The notes under the pieces: generated by a model | Told to the model about the DNA's origin: nothing | The model's input: the letters and a program-made list of their open reading frames with translations, nothing else | Database searches by the model: none | Shown here: positions 1 to 13,908 of the stretch, piece by piece | How the letters are laid out: each line of letters begins with the position of its first letter | Numbering within the stretch: position 1 is the stretch's first letter | Made by a program: the position numbers and the translations under genes | NCBI RefSeq assembly: GCF_009914755.1 | Contig: NC_060934.1 | Origin: the human T2T-CHM13v2.0 reference genome, Homo sapiens | Direction: 5' to 3' (one strand) | Length of the DNA: 64,000 nt

Positions 1-118
1 ACCTTGAGATCCTTCACTAATTACATCTGCAAAGACCCTACATCCAAATAAGGTACATTCTGAGGTTCTGGGTGGCCCTAAGAGGTCTACATTTTGGAGA
101 GACTCTACTCAACTTACT
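1..118 (-). mobile_element. MLT1-type MaLR LTR fragment, cut by the window edge
   Basis: 'taattacatctgcaaagaccctacatccaaataaggtacattctgaggttctggg' resembles the reverse complement of the MLT1 LTR 5' part. Confidence 0.65.
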
Positions 119-554
119 CTAAGTGGCAGACAGCTTTTCACCACTAGATTCAGAGCCAGCAGAGAGGAGAAATCTTGGCAGGGAGAAGGTGCTGAGGATG
201 GGGACGGCAGCAGAACCGGGGAGCCCACTCTCCTTCCTGTGGCACAGAGAGGGGTCCCAGGCAGGAGAGCTCTGTGCCCTGTGGCGAGGGCTGTGCAAGG
301 CAGTGAGTGATTGTCCTCTGCTCCTGATTTTCCTCTTGCTGAAAGGGGAGCAGTCATGATTCTGGAGACTGTCAGTGGGTGGGGAGGCTGGCTGCAGGAG
401 TGGATGCGTGAGTCTAATTGAGTAGGCAAAGAGCTTTCTGGGCACTGGATATGTCTTTGGAGGGTGCATCTTCACATCCTTGCACTATTACTACATGATC
501 TTTCTAAAAATGTGTTTAAAATCTATTTTAATATTGAAAACAGACACCATCACT

Positions 555-1470
<916 letters not shown>

Positions 1471-2373
1471 GCAAAGAAGTAGGCAGCAATCATGAGGACA
1501 GTCACTCACCGAAGCCTTCGTATTTCCCTCAGCCCCATGGCAGAGCTTCCTTATAAGCTTACAGTGTGGCCTTCCTAGCATGCATTTTCCTAATAAAGGA
1601 TTTTTCATCAGATGAATCCTAGGGGAAAACTCCAAAAGAGACTCATCAGTAAAAATGTCCATTTTTCTCTCTTTAATATAAAAGAAAACAAATTATTTTT
1701 AAGAGTCTCAACAAGGTTTGAGAAAATATCCTGCCTTAATGATTATTCCTCCGTTTGAAAACGGCTATTTTTTCCAGTTTACTTTAAAAATCAATTGTAC
1801 TTCCCCTTGGCTTATTTAAAGCAACAGCCACAGTGACTGCTATGGCTAATGACTTCATGTCATACGACTGTGGATTTTCCTGTGGAAAGAGATGGGAAGC
1901 TGGGTGGCTGGTCGGCGTGTTAGACTTTGCTTAGTGAATCTCTCCAGGTGATAACTGCAAGGGTGACTGCAGGGGCCTGGCTGGGCTTCGAAAGCAGTAG
2001 CAGCAGCAGCGGAGACGGTCCTGTGGCACCCAGCTGTTTAACTTCCACCGAGGCAGGGGGCCCGAGCAGGGACAGAAGAGGCCGGGGTGAACATCACCCT
2101 TTCTACAGTGGCTCGATGCCTTGCTTCACACTCCAGTTTTAATGTTCGTGTGATACTTGCTATTCTCTTTCTAGAACATTGCCGTTAGGAGAGGGTCCCA
2201 CCCTTTGTGTTCGCTCCCTCCCTGCCCTCATCTGCTCTGTTGACAAACGTTTTCTGCCAGATGAAGTGTTTCTGCTGTGCCTGCCTCTCTGGGAGGGAAC
2301 GTGGAGCAGCTCCCTGAGCATTCAGGCTCCGTGGGGAAGTCGGGCTGATTTTAAATAGATCCCGGTTTTCCAG

Positions 2374-2525
2374 GCTTGGAGCTGAACGGCATGACGGGGG
2401 CGGACGTGGCCGATGTCCCACCCCCTCTGCCTCTCAAAGGCAGCGTGGCAGATTACGGGAATTTGATGGAAAACCAGGACTTGCTGGGCTCGCCAACACC
2501 TCCACCTCCCCCTCCACACCAGAGG
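2374..2525 (+). CDS. DOCK1: DOCK1 penultimate coding exon
   Basis: Acceptor ttttccag|2374 and donor 2525|gtaagt. Encodes LELNGMTGADVADVPPPLPLKGSVADYGNLMENQDLLGSPTPPPPPPHQR, which I recognise as the DOCK180 proline-rich C-terminal region; phase 0 at its 3' end joins the next exon in frame. Confidence 0.97.
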
Positions 2526-5419
2526 GTAAGTCGGCAATCTGAAACACAGGCTTTCATTGCTTCGCCTCCACAAAGTAGGACGAGTCCCTCATTCCAGATA
2601 CTAGCAGGTTTACTTCGGGCTAGTGAGCACATGAGGAAAACCATGTATGATGGGCCCGGGTTTGATTTTGCAAAAAGATATCAAAGCAGTAAGGACTCCA
2701 GTGGGTAAGATCTGTGGCTCTGCGTCATTATCAATAACTGCATCAAAAAGCACATTTTGATATCATGCCTCAGAACGAGGAAGAGGATAGACATTCCAAG
2801 GTTGTCATCGGTTATCATCACCATGGAGATCATTCCACTGGAGATGCAATTCTAATGACATTTTGATTTTTGAGAAGTAGCTTTTCTATCAAGAGGTCTG
2901 ACTTTTTAAAGAGGTTGGCCAATATCGCCCTGTATGGCAGGCACCTGTTGTACACCTGCTTGGCCCTGGAGAAGCTTGTCTCCAAACATCCCTCCAGGCA
3001 GCCTCACCTGGTGCTGGGAGCTCCTGGGTGGTGACAGGCACTCACCTTACGGAGACTGCAGAGGACAGCCAGGTTTGGCTCCTGGGCACAGTCATCCTCA
3101 CTGTGCCCCCACCCCTGGGCACCCTCCCCAGTGCTAGTTCGGGGGTGCTGACCTGGCTTCCTCCAGCAGCACTGGCCTTTGTAAGCCTAAGCAACCTGCT
3201 GGAACCCCTCTTCAGCGTGAGTCCCTGAAGCTGGTACCCCCCAGCAGCTGTTTTAGTCATTCATGCCACCCAAAGTGCCTTGTGCCAAACAGCCCCTGGG
3301 CCTGCCTGCCCGTACAAATATTAGTCAAAGTCATGAAAAGCCATTTAAACAAGCACCTCAGTTACCAGTTGACAGTTCTAGAAACATTCTTTTGAGATCC
3401 ACCCCGTTCCTCTCCTGGTTCTCAAGGATGCTGTCAGGCGTCACTCATCCCTGCGGGTCCCAGCCCCATCCTCATGTCGGGCCCAGGCATGTGTGGAGGG
3501 CAGCATGAGTGGGATGGAGGCGGGCGAGCGATTGACTCAGCCACGGCGGGAACTTCTGCTTCTAGGCTCAGGCCTCCCCAGGCCATGTTATTCACAGCCT
3601 TTGACAATTAAATCAGTGGTGTCTGAAGGGTAAAATATCCCTCTTCATATGTGGACAGCTGGCCGTATTTTTTTTGCTATCCAGCCTTAGTGAAGTAATT
3701 ATATGGCCGCAAAACTCCTGTAGAACATTGAAAACATGAGATTGTTGGGTGGCTCTGTTTTTTTCATAATGGTGAGACATGGTTTTTTTTTTTATTTTTC
3801 TTTAATAAACAATATAAATCCCACGTGCCATTTCTTTTTCTTTTTTTTTAATGGAGACTCGTTGACGGAGTGTTCCACAAGGTCATTACATCCCTTATGA
3901 GAGGAGTGGAAGAGAGAGGGTGTTTGTGTACAGCATACGTATTTCATCATTCCCTTTGTATCAGAAAACTAAACAAGCAGTCATCTTTAATATCAAAGAG
4001 GCAGATTGCTCTTCTGAGACCCAAGTGCCATTTAAACAGGCTCCCTCTCCCTAGAGACGCCTCGATGGGGAACCGGTCCTGGAGGAGGCACCAGGTTCCC
4101 CTGTGAAGAGGGCTTTCTGGCAGGCTGGAATGGTTTGTTGCACCACAGAAATGGAAGCCTGACCTTCCCCGGCCATTTCTAACTACTTGTGAGAGCAAAA
4201 GGAGATTCGGGGGGGTCTAACAAGAATATTGGGTTGCTTGGAGTATTGTTTCCCTAACAGCTTCGTTAATTGGTCACATTTTCATCTCTCTATTTTATTG
4301 CAAAGGCAGGAATGTTCCCCCTAGTCTCCCTACACTAGTAAACTGAAAATTCTAAACTTAGAATTACAGCCAATTCCTCTTGTTACAAATCAACTCCGGG
4401 GTAACATTTTATTGTCTCAATTTCTTGGATACACCATTGTGGGTTACTGATGCCACATACAGTTGATTAAGTAAGGGATAACATGGATTAGCTCTCTCTC
4501 AATTGATAAAGGGGGTGTGAATTCAATTAGATTAATGACCCAGGTGTCTTTGGTCTTTGTTTCTTGTTTAATTTACTTGCAGCCTGAGTGCATGCTCAGG
4601 TGACACGCTGGTGGTTAGTATGTCATCATTAGGCAGAAGCGGTTGCATTTCCTGGGGTGCCTCCCTTTGCACAGGCCCTGAGAGCTGTTCTAGGATAATG
4701 ATCATCCATCTGCCATGATGGGGGTGTGATCAATATCCTCCTGTCACTCTCATTGAACAGCCTCAGGCTTGTAGGCAACTCTGTCTTTAGTTGTTGCCAC
4801 TAAGCTGTCATTTCTTTCCAAATGGCTCTTCCTGTCAGTAATCTGAGCTTACTGAGTTTATCACCATTAATCATTTTGCTTAATGGTGATAAACTTTTGA
4901 CATGCTCATACTTGGCATAGAGGTCATTTGCAGCGCTGTGTTGGTATCAGGCTGTGTTAGTGTGGTCCTTACCTGCTCCTCATTGGGCTATCAGTGAGTG
5001 TGGCTTTCACATGTAAACAAACAGTTTCATCAGACCTCAAAATAGATGTCTCTTTTAACGGTTCTAACCAACCTTAAAAAGACTTAATTGTTGTTTTACC
5101 TTCCTTAATATAAGGTCATATACTCATAGGACATCTTTATATCAGCTTTACTTTTCCACATTTATTCTCCTCTCTGTGTTAAGCATTAGGTCATTTTTGT
5201 ATTTACTAGTCTGTGAATCAGGAGGAAATCTGGGCGATGAGTGAGAGACTACTGTGTCACTGTCTATCCTTGAAAACCTCTTTTCTCACATTCAGCTAAA
5301 TGCAAACCCACACTGAGAGGCTGATAAAAATCCACTCTTACCCTTAAGTTAGACAATAGTGTTCTGTGATTTCATTCTGGTTCTTCTGCCTGTGGCATGC
5401 TCCCACTTACCCTGGTCTG

Positions 5420-5570
5420 TTCACTTCTTCATTCATTTGTTTACTTACCTGTTCATTTCTTCATTTATCCACTGACTCGTTTATTCACTCATTCATTTAT
5501 TCACTCATTCATCCATTTTTCTATTCGATCGACCCATATTTCTAGAGAGTCTCCTGCACATCAGGTGTGT
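5420..5570. repeat. Degenerate (TCAT/TTCA)n, probably an L2 tail
   Basis: Runs such as 'ttcattcatttg' and 'attcactcattcatttattcactcattcatcc'. Confidence 0.6.
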
Positions 5571-5699
5571 GTGATGGGCATGAGGGTCCCAAAAGCAATA
5601 GGGTGCAGCTGCCCTCAGTCATAACACTCCAGCCAGGTCCATCAGCAAGGGGTTTGCTATTATCTTCACATTGGAAATTAATGTTCTTTTTTGGAATCT

Positions 5700-5921
5700 A
5701 AAGTAATATATGCCCATGAGCTGAAGCCAGCCAGCCAGCCACCTGTTTCTGTGAATAGTTTTCTTGGAACACAGCCACACCCCTTTCTGTACACACTGTC
5801 AATGACCGCTTTTCGGCCACACCAGTGGCATTGAGTGGCTGCAACAGAGACGGTGTGGCCTGCCAAAAAGCTGGAAATATGTACTGTCTAGCCCTTTCCA
5901 GGAGAAGCTTGCTAACCTTTG
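5700..5921 (+). mobile_element. MER58A (hAT-Charlie MITE)
   Basis: 'ttggaacacagccacaccc', 'gcaacagagacggtgtggcctgccaaaaagctggaaatatgtactgtctagccctttccaggagaagcttgctaacc'. Confidence 0.75.
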
Positions 5922-6308
5922 CCCGAAGCTCAGAAAGCAAAAGAAGGTCTCTCATCTCACCCCTGGAGAGTGCCTCTAAGGACTTATTTATCCCTTAGAC
6001 AATAGATGGATAACTTGGTCGATAGCATCTAGATTTAAAAAGGCCACGCAAAGGGCAATGATACCTCTCAGGGGCTGTGCAGACGGTGGGAGAGTGCTCA
6101 GAGGCGTCAGAAAGGCCCAGGCCCATAGCAGCCCAGTCTTGAGCCTAGTAGACCTGCCAGCCCCAAGTCGGACAGGATGGAGCCCAACTCATGTGGGGAG
6201 GATGGTTCCGGCTGAGTGGCTGTACCAGGTCAGACCCCACCTGGAGACGGTGTCTTTTCTGTCAGGACATCAGTTATGTGACATCTTCCCCATCCTCATG
6301 TTTTTTAG

Positions 6309-6404
6309 CATCTGCCACCTCCACTGCCCAGCAAAACTCCGCCTCCTCCCCCTCCAAAGACAACTCGCAAGCAGACATCGGTGGACTCCGGGATCGTGCA
6401 GTGA
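6309..6404 (+). CDS. DOCK1: DOCK1 terminal coding exon
   Basis: Acceptor ttttttag|6309. Encodes HLPPPLPSKTPPPPPPKTTRKQTSVDSGIVQ with TGA at 6402-6404, the DOCK180 C-terminus carrying PxxPxK Crk-SH3 motifs. Confidence 0.97.
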   Translation, partial: HLPPPLPSKTPPPPPPKTTRKQTSVDSGIVQ

Positions 6405-7282
6405 CGTCGCAAGGCTCTCTGGAAAGAGTGTGCTGCCCCTCCCCATCTCCATGCCCTCTCCTTCTGTGTCCCCTGAGTCTGCTGTTTACCTCATTGGGCC
6501 TGTGATGTTAACATTTCGTGCGACTGCTTTTTCTTCAAAGGAGTTCAGTTCTCACCATGGAGTGAGTGGCCTTTAGCGTCATGGAGCAAGGTGGGTCTGG
6601 GAGGTAGATATGGGTCCGGGATGTGCTATCGTAGTTATCAGAGTTGGGGGCCTCTGAGTGTGTCTGGCTCTGAGAGAGTCTGAGTCTTGCCCAAACATTC
6701 TTTCTTTTTGTGCCAAATGACTTGCATTTGCAAAGAGCTCAATTGCTCTGAGCTCAGCCAAGTAGGAGAGGCTAGGCCATCACTCTTAGGAAGCTGTGTA
6801 GTGATGATGTATAAGAATCCTCCTCACTGTCATGGGATGTTGTATCCAGCCCCTCCTTGTTCCAGCCGGTGGTGTGACTTCGTTGGTTGAGGTGTGTCTC
6901 CAACCTACATCAGACCATGAAGTTCAACCCCTCCAGGGAAGCTCCTGATTTCCCCTGCATAATTGAAAATAGGATATTTCTCAGCTATTGAACAGTTACT
7001 AATTTATGGGGTGGAAACAGCATTAAGAATACTGAATCAAATGGAAAAACAAATGAATACAGGAAGATAAGTGTTCGTTCTTTTCTGAAAAAGAGTATGT
7101 GTACCACAAGAGCTGGTTTTAATTGGGTGAATTGTTTTTGTCCTCATTCTGTACAGAAATTTGTATATATGATGGTTCTTAGAACTTGTTTTAATTTTTG
7201 TGGTCCTTCTGTTTATTATAATAGGCGTCCACCAATGATTATCCATATGTGTTCTTAATTTTTAACTGCTGGAAGTGTTAAA

Positions 7283-7315
7283 ACACACACACACACACAC
7301 ACACATTTTTTTTTT
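7283..7315 (+). repeat. (AC)n microsatellite followed by T10, in the DOCK1 3' UTR
   Basis: About 11 AC units, then ten T. Confidence 0.95.
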
Positions 7316-7471
7316 GAGAACTCCAAAGTCCTGAAAATTTTGGTGGACAATGATTTTTAAAAAACTAACTTTGTATAACCTAATATTTGTATTCTCTCAT
7401 CTATATTTTTTTATTCACTATAATCATGATACTCTTCTAATAGACTTAAAAGTTAATCATTGACAACGAAA

Positions 7472-7477
7472 AATAAA
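7472..7477 (+). terminator. DOCK1: DOCK1 polyadenylation signal AATAAA
   Basis: AATAAA with upstream TGTA elements (7372, 7388) and downstream GT/T-rich sequence ('gtgtctg...ttatgttttt'). Confidence 0.85.
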
Positions 7478-8364
7478 ATGTTATTTTAAAAGACTCACAG
7501 TGTCTGACCAATTATGTTTTCATCCTTGATTGTAAAATACAGACGCTGCTGTTTCTATTCTGCTATGTTAAAGTGCTTGGTGACACACATTTATATATGC
7601 ACCTCTTCCTCCAACATTGTTTTTAATCCTCTCTGTTAATTGTGTCTGATCTGGAGCCCAGATGGGAAGTGCCCGTGTCCCGTGCATGGCTGCACGTCCT
7701 GATAGACAGGAGCTAAGCAGAGACCAGCTGAGTGCTTCCCCATCACCAAAGCCAGAGGGCTGTGGGGCTGCAGATCATGTGGGCCTCTTTTCAGCTGCTA
7801 ATTTAAGAAAGGGCTTTGGTTAATGGGTGTGTGATTTAGCTGTAGAGGTCTGGACATGGAGAGCTTTCTCCAGGGCCTATCTGGCTGGATCTGGGGTGGC
7901 AAGAAACAAGGAAGGCAGGGGGTTCTCTTCTCAATGGACGGGGCTCTCACCTCTGCTCCTGCCAGACGTGTGGAAGCCATAAGGATGTGCCCTCTGCCCA
8001 TCTAACCCGGCCTAGAAGGAGGCTGCTGTGGAGCCCAGGAAGCTGGGAGGCTCTTCCTCCTACTCAGGTGCTGTCCCCAGCGTATTCATGCTTGTAAATA
8101 TCCAGTCCACCCCTGAGAAACTGTAGGCCTGTGTGAATGTGGGATTTTTTTCTTCAAGAATCTTTACTGTTTCAACTGTTGCACCAAGATAAATATTCAT
8201 CTTCTGTCGAGTGTGTGAGAAACTGAATATTATCCACAACCCTAGAAATCGTCGAATGGGCACACCCATGTAGGCGACCACGGAGAGCCCAGCCTGGGGA
8301 CAGGTTGTTTTTGGGCAGTCTGTGCCTCACATTGTATAAGCGGCCACCAGAAACGGAAAGAATA

Positions 8365-8775
8365 GGCCGGGCGCAGTGGCTCACACCTGTAATCCCAGCA
8401 CTTTGGGAGGCTGAGGCGGGCGGATCAGCTGAGGTCAGGAGTTCAAGACCAGCCTGGCCAACACGGTGAAACCCCATCTCTACTAAAAATACAAAAATTG
8501 GCCGGGCATGGTGGCAAGCGCCTGCCATCCGGTAGGCTGAGGCAGGAGAATTGTTTGAACCTGGGAGGCAGAGGTTGCAGTAGCTGAGATTGCACCATTG
8601 CACTCCAGCCTGGGCGACAAGAGCGAGAAATCTGTCTCCGTCTCTATCTCCATCTATAAAAATAAAATAAAAGTATTTATTTTTATAAATATAATTGTAT
8701 TTATAAAAAAATAAAAATTATAAAATTTATAAAATGATATAAAATATAATTGTATTTATAAAAAAATAAAAACAC
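8365..8775 (+). mobile_element. AluS with an expanded AT-rich tail
   Basis: Starts GGCCGGGCGC at 8365; small deletion at the start of the right arm; TSD 'gaaagaata' at 8356 and 8778. Confidence 0.93.
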
Positions 8776-10339
8776 AGAAAGAATAGTGCCTGGCCCTGTG
8801 ATAAATGATGGTTTTCTTGTGGAATGACGTGTGGGCTCCTGCTCTTCCCCCATCTACCGGGTTAATCCTCGCGCTGCACAACCCTGGCTGGAATCCCCGC
8901 CCCACAACCCCCCAAGGACCTTATATCCGTCGGGGATCTCTAGAGCTGGGAGGTTTGCAGAGAACACAGAACAGAGTTAAAGAAAAGTGAAGACAGCCAA
9001 AAGGTTGCAGACATTTCCTATTTATTAATATGAATTACAAATATGCTAATATATTCACCAGTGAGTAAACTTCTCAAACGTTTCATGCAGATGCAACATT
9101 GCCTCAGCTTGTAAATCCGTGGATGGGCTGCAACACAATAATCAGAGACAAACCGGCCTCTGCGCACAGTGCCTGCTACATGCATTCCTTCTGGAATGTG
9201 GATCCAGGGGAAGGTTTGCCTCTGTACATGCGGGGACATATCCCTTCTACACAGAAACACTATTTCTTAACCTTTTTTTTTGTTTTCACAATTACCTTTC
9301 AAGGAGCCTTTTTAGACATTTTTTTCCCTCCATCACTCTTATGATGAAATTTTAATAGTACAGCCATACTGTGTATCACTTAGACTATATACTGCATATC
9401 TATTATGTACTTTATGTATACCTATGCTTTTTTACATTAAAAAAATAAGATTTTTTGTTTGTTTGTTTCCCAAGTACCAGTTTTCAGGGGGTGATACTGC
9501 CTTTTTGCAGACTCATGCTCCAAAGCAGGAATTGTGAGCTTCTTAGGCTCTACTTTTGCTCTGGTTTCCAGGATGCTCAAAGCCAAATTTTGCCCTCACA
9601 CGTTCAGTTAAATTTTCGTTTTATTCTCCTGCCTTCCAAAAGCTTTCTGGACTATTAAAAATCCATCTTTACTTTAACTACCTAGTTTCATATGCACTTT
9701 CATCAAATCTTTATTCAAAGTAGTTAGTATATAAACTGTATTTTATAAATGGAAAAGTCTTTTTCTTACTTGAAAACCACCCTTGGTGCTTGAAGATTGC
9801 TTCCTAGTATTTAAAGAAATTATTTTTTAATCAATTTTAAGATTATTCTTTCATGCAAAGATTTGATCGTTTAAATTCCTTACAGATTTCATTATCTTCT
9901 GCTCTGGATTCTTTTATGTTATTGGACTTTGTTTCATGTCCACAGAACTCTTTGTTGGTTTAATGGATTTTCATTTTTGCTTTTTAGTTCCATCTCTAAT
10001 TACTTTTTAATATTTTACTTAACTTTTTAAAGTCTGTTTGGGAACTTCTGCCACCACACTTTTTGGCAATCTGCCTTTTCAGAATTATTTAAACATCTAC
10101 TGTTTCATTGATGATGGCTCAAAAAAATAGGGAACCTGTAGGCCAATAAGCCTTTGTACCCAAACAAGCTAGAGTTGTTCTGCCCTATTTGTCTCCCACA
10201 CACGAGGAAACCTCTGCTCCTCCAGGTTGTACAGTGGCCTGAGTGCAGTGTCACTAGCTGGAGAGGGGAGTGAGGACTCCCTGGATGTCTGATGTGTGGC
10301 AAACCTCCTGGGTTAGTTTCAGCCCCGGACAAAAGAGTT

Positions 10340-10720
10340 CTGATGTGGTCTTAAGTGTCCACCTGGCTGGACGGCAGTAGCCAGTTAATCAAAGCAACTG
10401 TAAGTGTTGCTGTGAACGTATTTTGTAGATGTGGTTAACATCTATCATCAGTTGACCTTACATAAAGGAGGTGACCCTTGATAATGTGGGTCAGCCTCAT
10501 CCCATGCGTTGAAGAGGCCTTAAGAACAAAAACTAGAGTTTCCTGGAGAGGAAGGAATTCTGCCTCAAGACCGCAGCATCAGCTCCTGCCTGACTTCCTA
10601 GCCTGCTGGCTTGCCCTACAAATTTTGGACTTGCCAGCCCCTACAATGGCTGAGCCAATTCCTTAAATCTCTCTGTATACACACACACACACACGCTCTG
10701 ACAAAGGACAGACCATAGCA
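10340..10720 (+). mobile_element. MLT2 (ERVL) LTR, MLT2D-like
   Basis: 'gttgctgtgaacgtattttgtagatgtggttaacatc', 'gaattctgcctcaagac', 'ggacttgccagcccctacaat...gagccaattccttaaa' then a (CA)n run. Confidence 0.8.
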
Positions 10721-11612
10721 AACCTCCTCTCATAAAGTGGTATTTGGCAGAAACAGGTGACTTTAGGGATACCTGGAGTAGAATCCAAGAATCTAGAGAC
10801 CCCCAAGCAAGCCACTTATCCTCTCCAGTCATGAGTGTCTCTGTGGGTCACGTCATAATATCTGCTGCCACCTTGTCATGGTGTCTTGAGGCTGGAACAT
10901 CCAAGATGGCGTCCTTCACGCGCCTGGCACACTGCTTCACTGCAGCTGGCTGGGCATTCTCTCCTCTCTCTCTCTCTCTCTCCCTCCCTCTCCCCCTTTC
11001 TCCTTCCATCCCCCTTGGGTTGTCCTTCATTTTCCAGGGCTGTTTCATCTGTAGGAAGCTACTTTGTATGCTCAGGGTTTCCCTGTTTAAATTCCAAACA
11101 GAATTTCATTTTCCTGGTAAACCATTGTGAGGTTGCCACCGTGACCTACCCTTCATCTCAGTTTGCCTTGGTCACGGCTCTGTGGCTTCCCCGTGTTGCA
11201 GCCTCTCATGCTGAGCTCTTGGGTGAGCCTGTCCTCGTTCCCCTGGCCCTTGGCAGGTGGCTTGGGAGCTGGTCCTGAACCAGCTTCTCCAGGCCGCCCA
11301 CGCAGCTCTGCTGGCCTTTCCTTTTTTGACGTGCTTCATCTGCAACATGAGACTCCGGAATTTGCCGTGCAGACTCCAGTGGCCATGCTGCCCTCCTGCC
11401 ACTAGGAAGGGCTCCATGCCTTTGTCTAGCCCCAGAGCACTATCTCCTTATCTCCTTCCTGTCCTGTCACTTTGTTCAACTGTTGGCACCCGGGTTTAAG
11501 CTGTTGCTACTAACTAATGTTTCTTTTCACTTTGGGGAAGTGCTTAATTCCATCTCTTCTTTGGCTTCTAAATACCATTCTCCAATCAAACAAACCAAGG
11601 CTTCTTTAAGAA

Positions 11613-12990
<1,378 letters not shown>

Positions 12991-13908
12991 CAACTTACTC
13001 TGAGCGGGGTGGGGGAGAATGACCCATATTGTACTTGTGCAGAACGCCATTCCTTTTCCACGCTAGAAATACTTTTTTTCCGCAGGGAATAATGATATCA
13101 TTTCACTTGCTTCTCTGACAAAGCCTCAGGCCATGCCTACATGCTGGATTTTGCAAAAACAGTTTACAGGCACAGTGCCACCGTAACAGGAGGCGGGGAC
13201 TCTAGCCAGCAGCCACCTCTGTGCTGCTAGAACAATCAAGGCTCCACATGGAGCCCAAAGGAGGGAAAAGTGAGTCCCTATCTCAGGAGCATTGGGCAGG
13301 CCACAGTAAGGGAAGTGTTTACTTGTCTATACTAAATGTTTACAGAGTCCCTGCCAAGCCCAGCCCGGTTCAGACTTGGTACCGAGGTGGGCAGGACAAA
13401 CGTCTCCAAAGTTCCTCCGGGAGACGACAGGCAATATTCAAGGAACCAAGTAAGGCCATTCCACATGACCATTAGAACTAGAAGGGGTGAGACAGGGTAG
13501 TCATCCGAAGGGCAGGGCTCACCTCCCCTTCCAGGGGTCCTCCCTGAGGCTGGGAGACTTCAGCAGAGACCTGTGAGCTCAGTGAGAATCCAGGGTACAG
13601 GGTGGAGAAAGAGCAGGCACACAGGCCTTGCCTGGGTTTGGACTGACCTGGGAATATCTGCAAAACAGAAGCAGGAGGTGAAGGAGGGTCGGGGGAAGAG
13701 CCAGTGGATGGCACTGAGGGCAGGGAGCTTGGCCAGGGCATGCCATGGCCTTGTCCTCTAGAAGAGCTTGAGTTTCATGACAAAGGCAGGAGGAGGAAGA
13801 GATGACCAGCCTTCCTCAGGTGAGGGCCAGGTGGGAGGGAGTGCTCCCCCTGCAGTGGGCTGCAGAAAGTAGAAGGTGCGGCCATAGGATCTCCTCACCC
13901 CCCCACTG

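Larger units (their letters stand above)
2526..6308 (+). other. DOCK1: DOCK1 last intron
   Basis: GT at 2526 and ttttttAG ending at 6308, between two in-frame DOCK1 exons. Confidence 0.93.
6405..7495 (+). other. DOCK1: DOCK1 3' UTR (3' end approximate)
   Basis: Repeat-poor sequence from the stop codon to just past the AATAAA at 7472, becoming AU-rich distally. Confidence 0.85.

Noticed and set aside
2150-2358. Extra AG acceptors (2174, 2260, 2325, 2358) upstream of the penultimate exon
   Set aside because: 2260 and 2325 lead to stops upstream of the last junction, 2174 is out of frame and 2358 lacks a pyrimidine tract; nothing in the sequence shows use.
6058-6576. 172-aa ATG ORF overlapping the DOCK1 last exon in the third frame
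   Set aside because: Starts in an intron with no promoter evidence; C-rich proline codons deplete stops in all frames.
8172-8603. Alu-derived ORFs (also at 11625, 20693, 24591, 44458, 56813, 63439)
   Set aside because: Standard Alu translations such as [10 protein letters not shown]; not genes.
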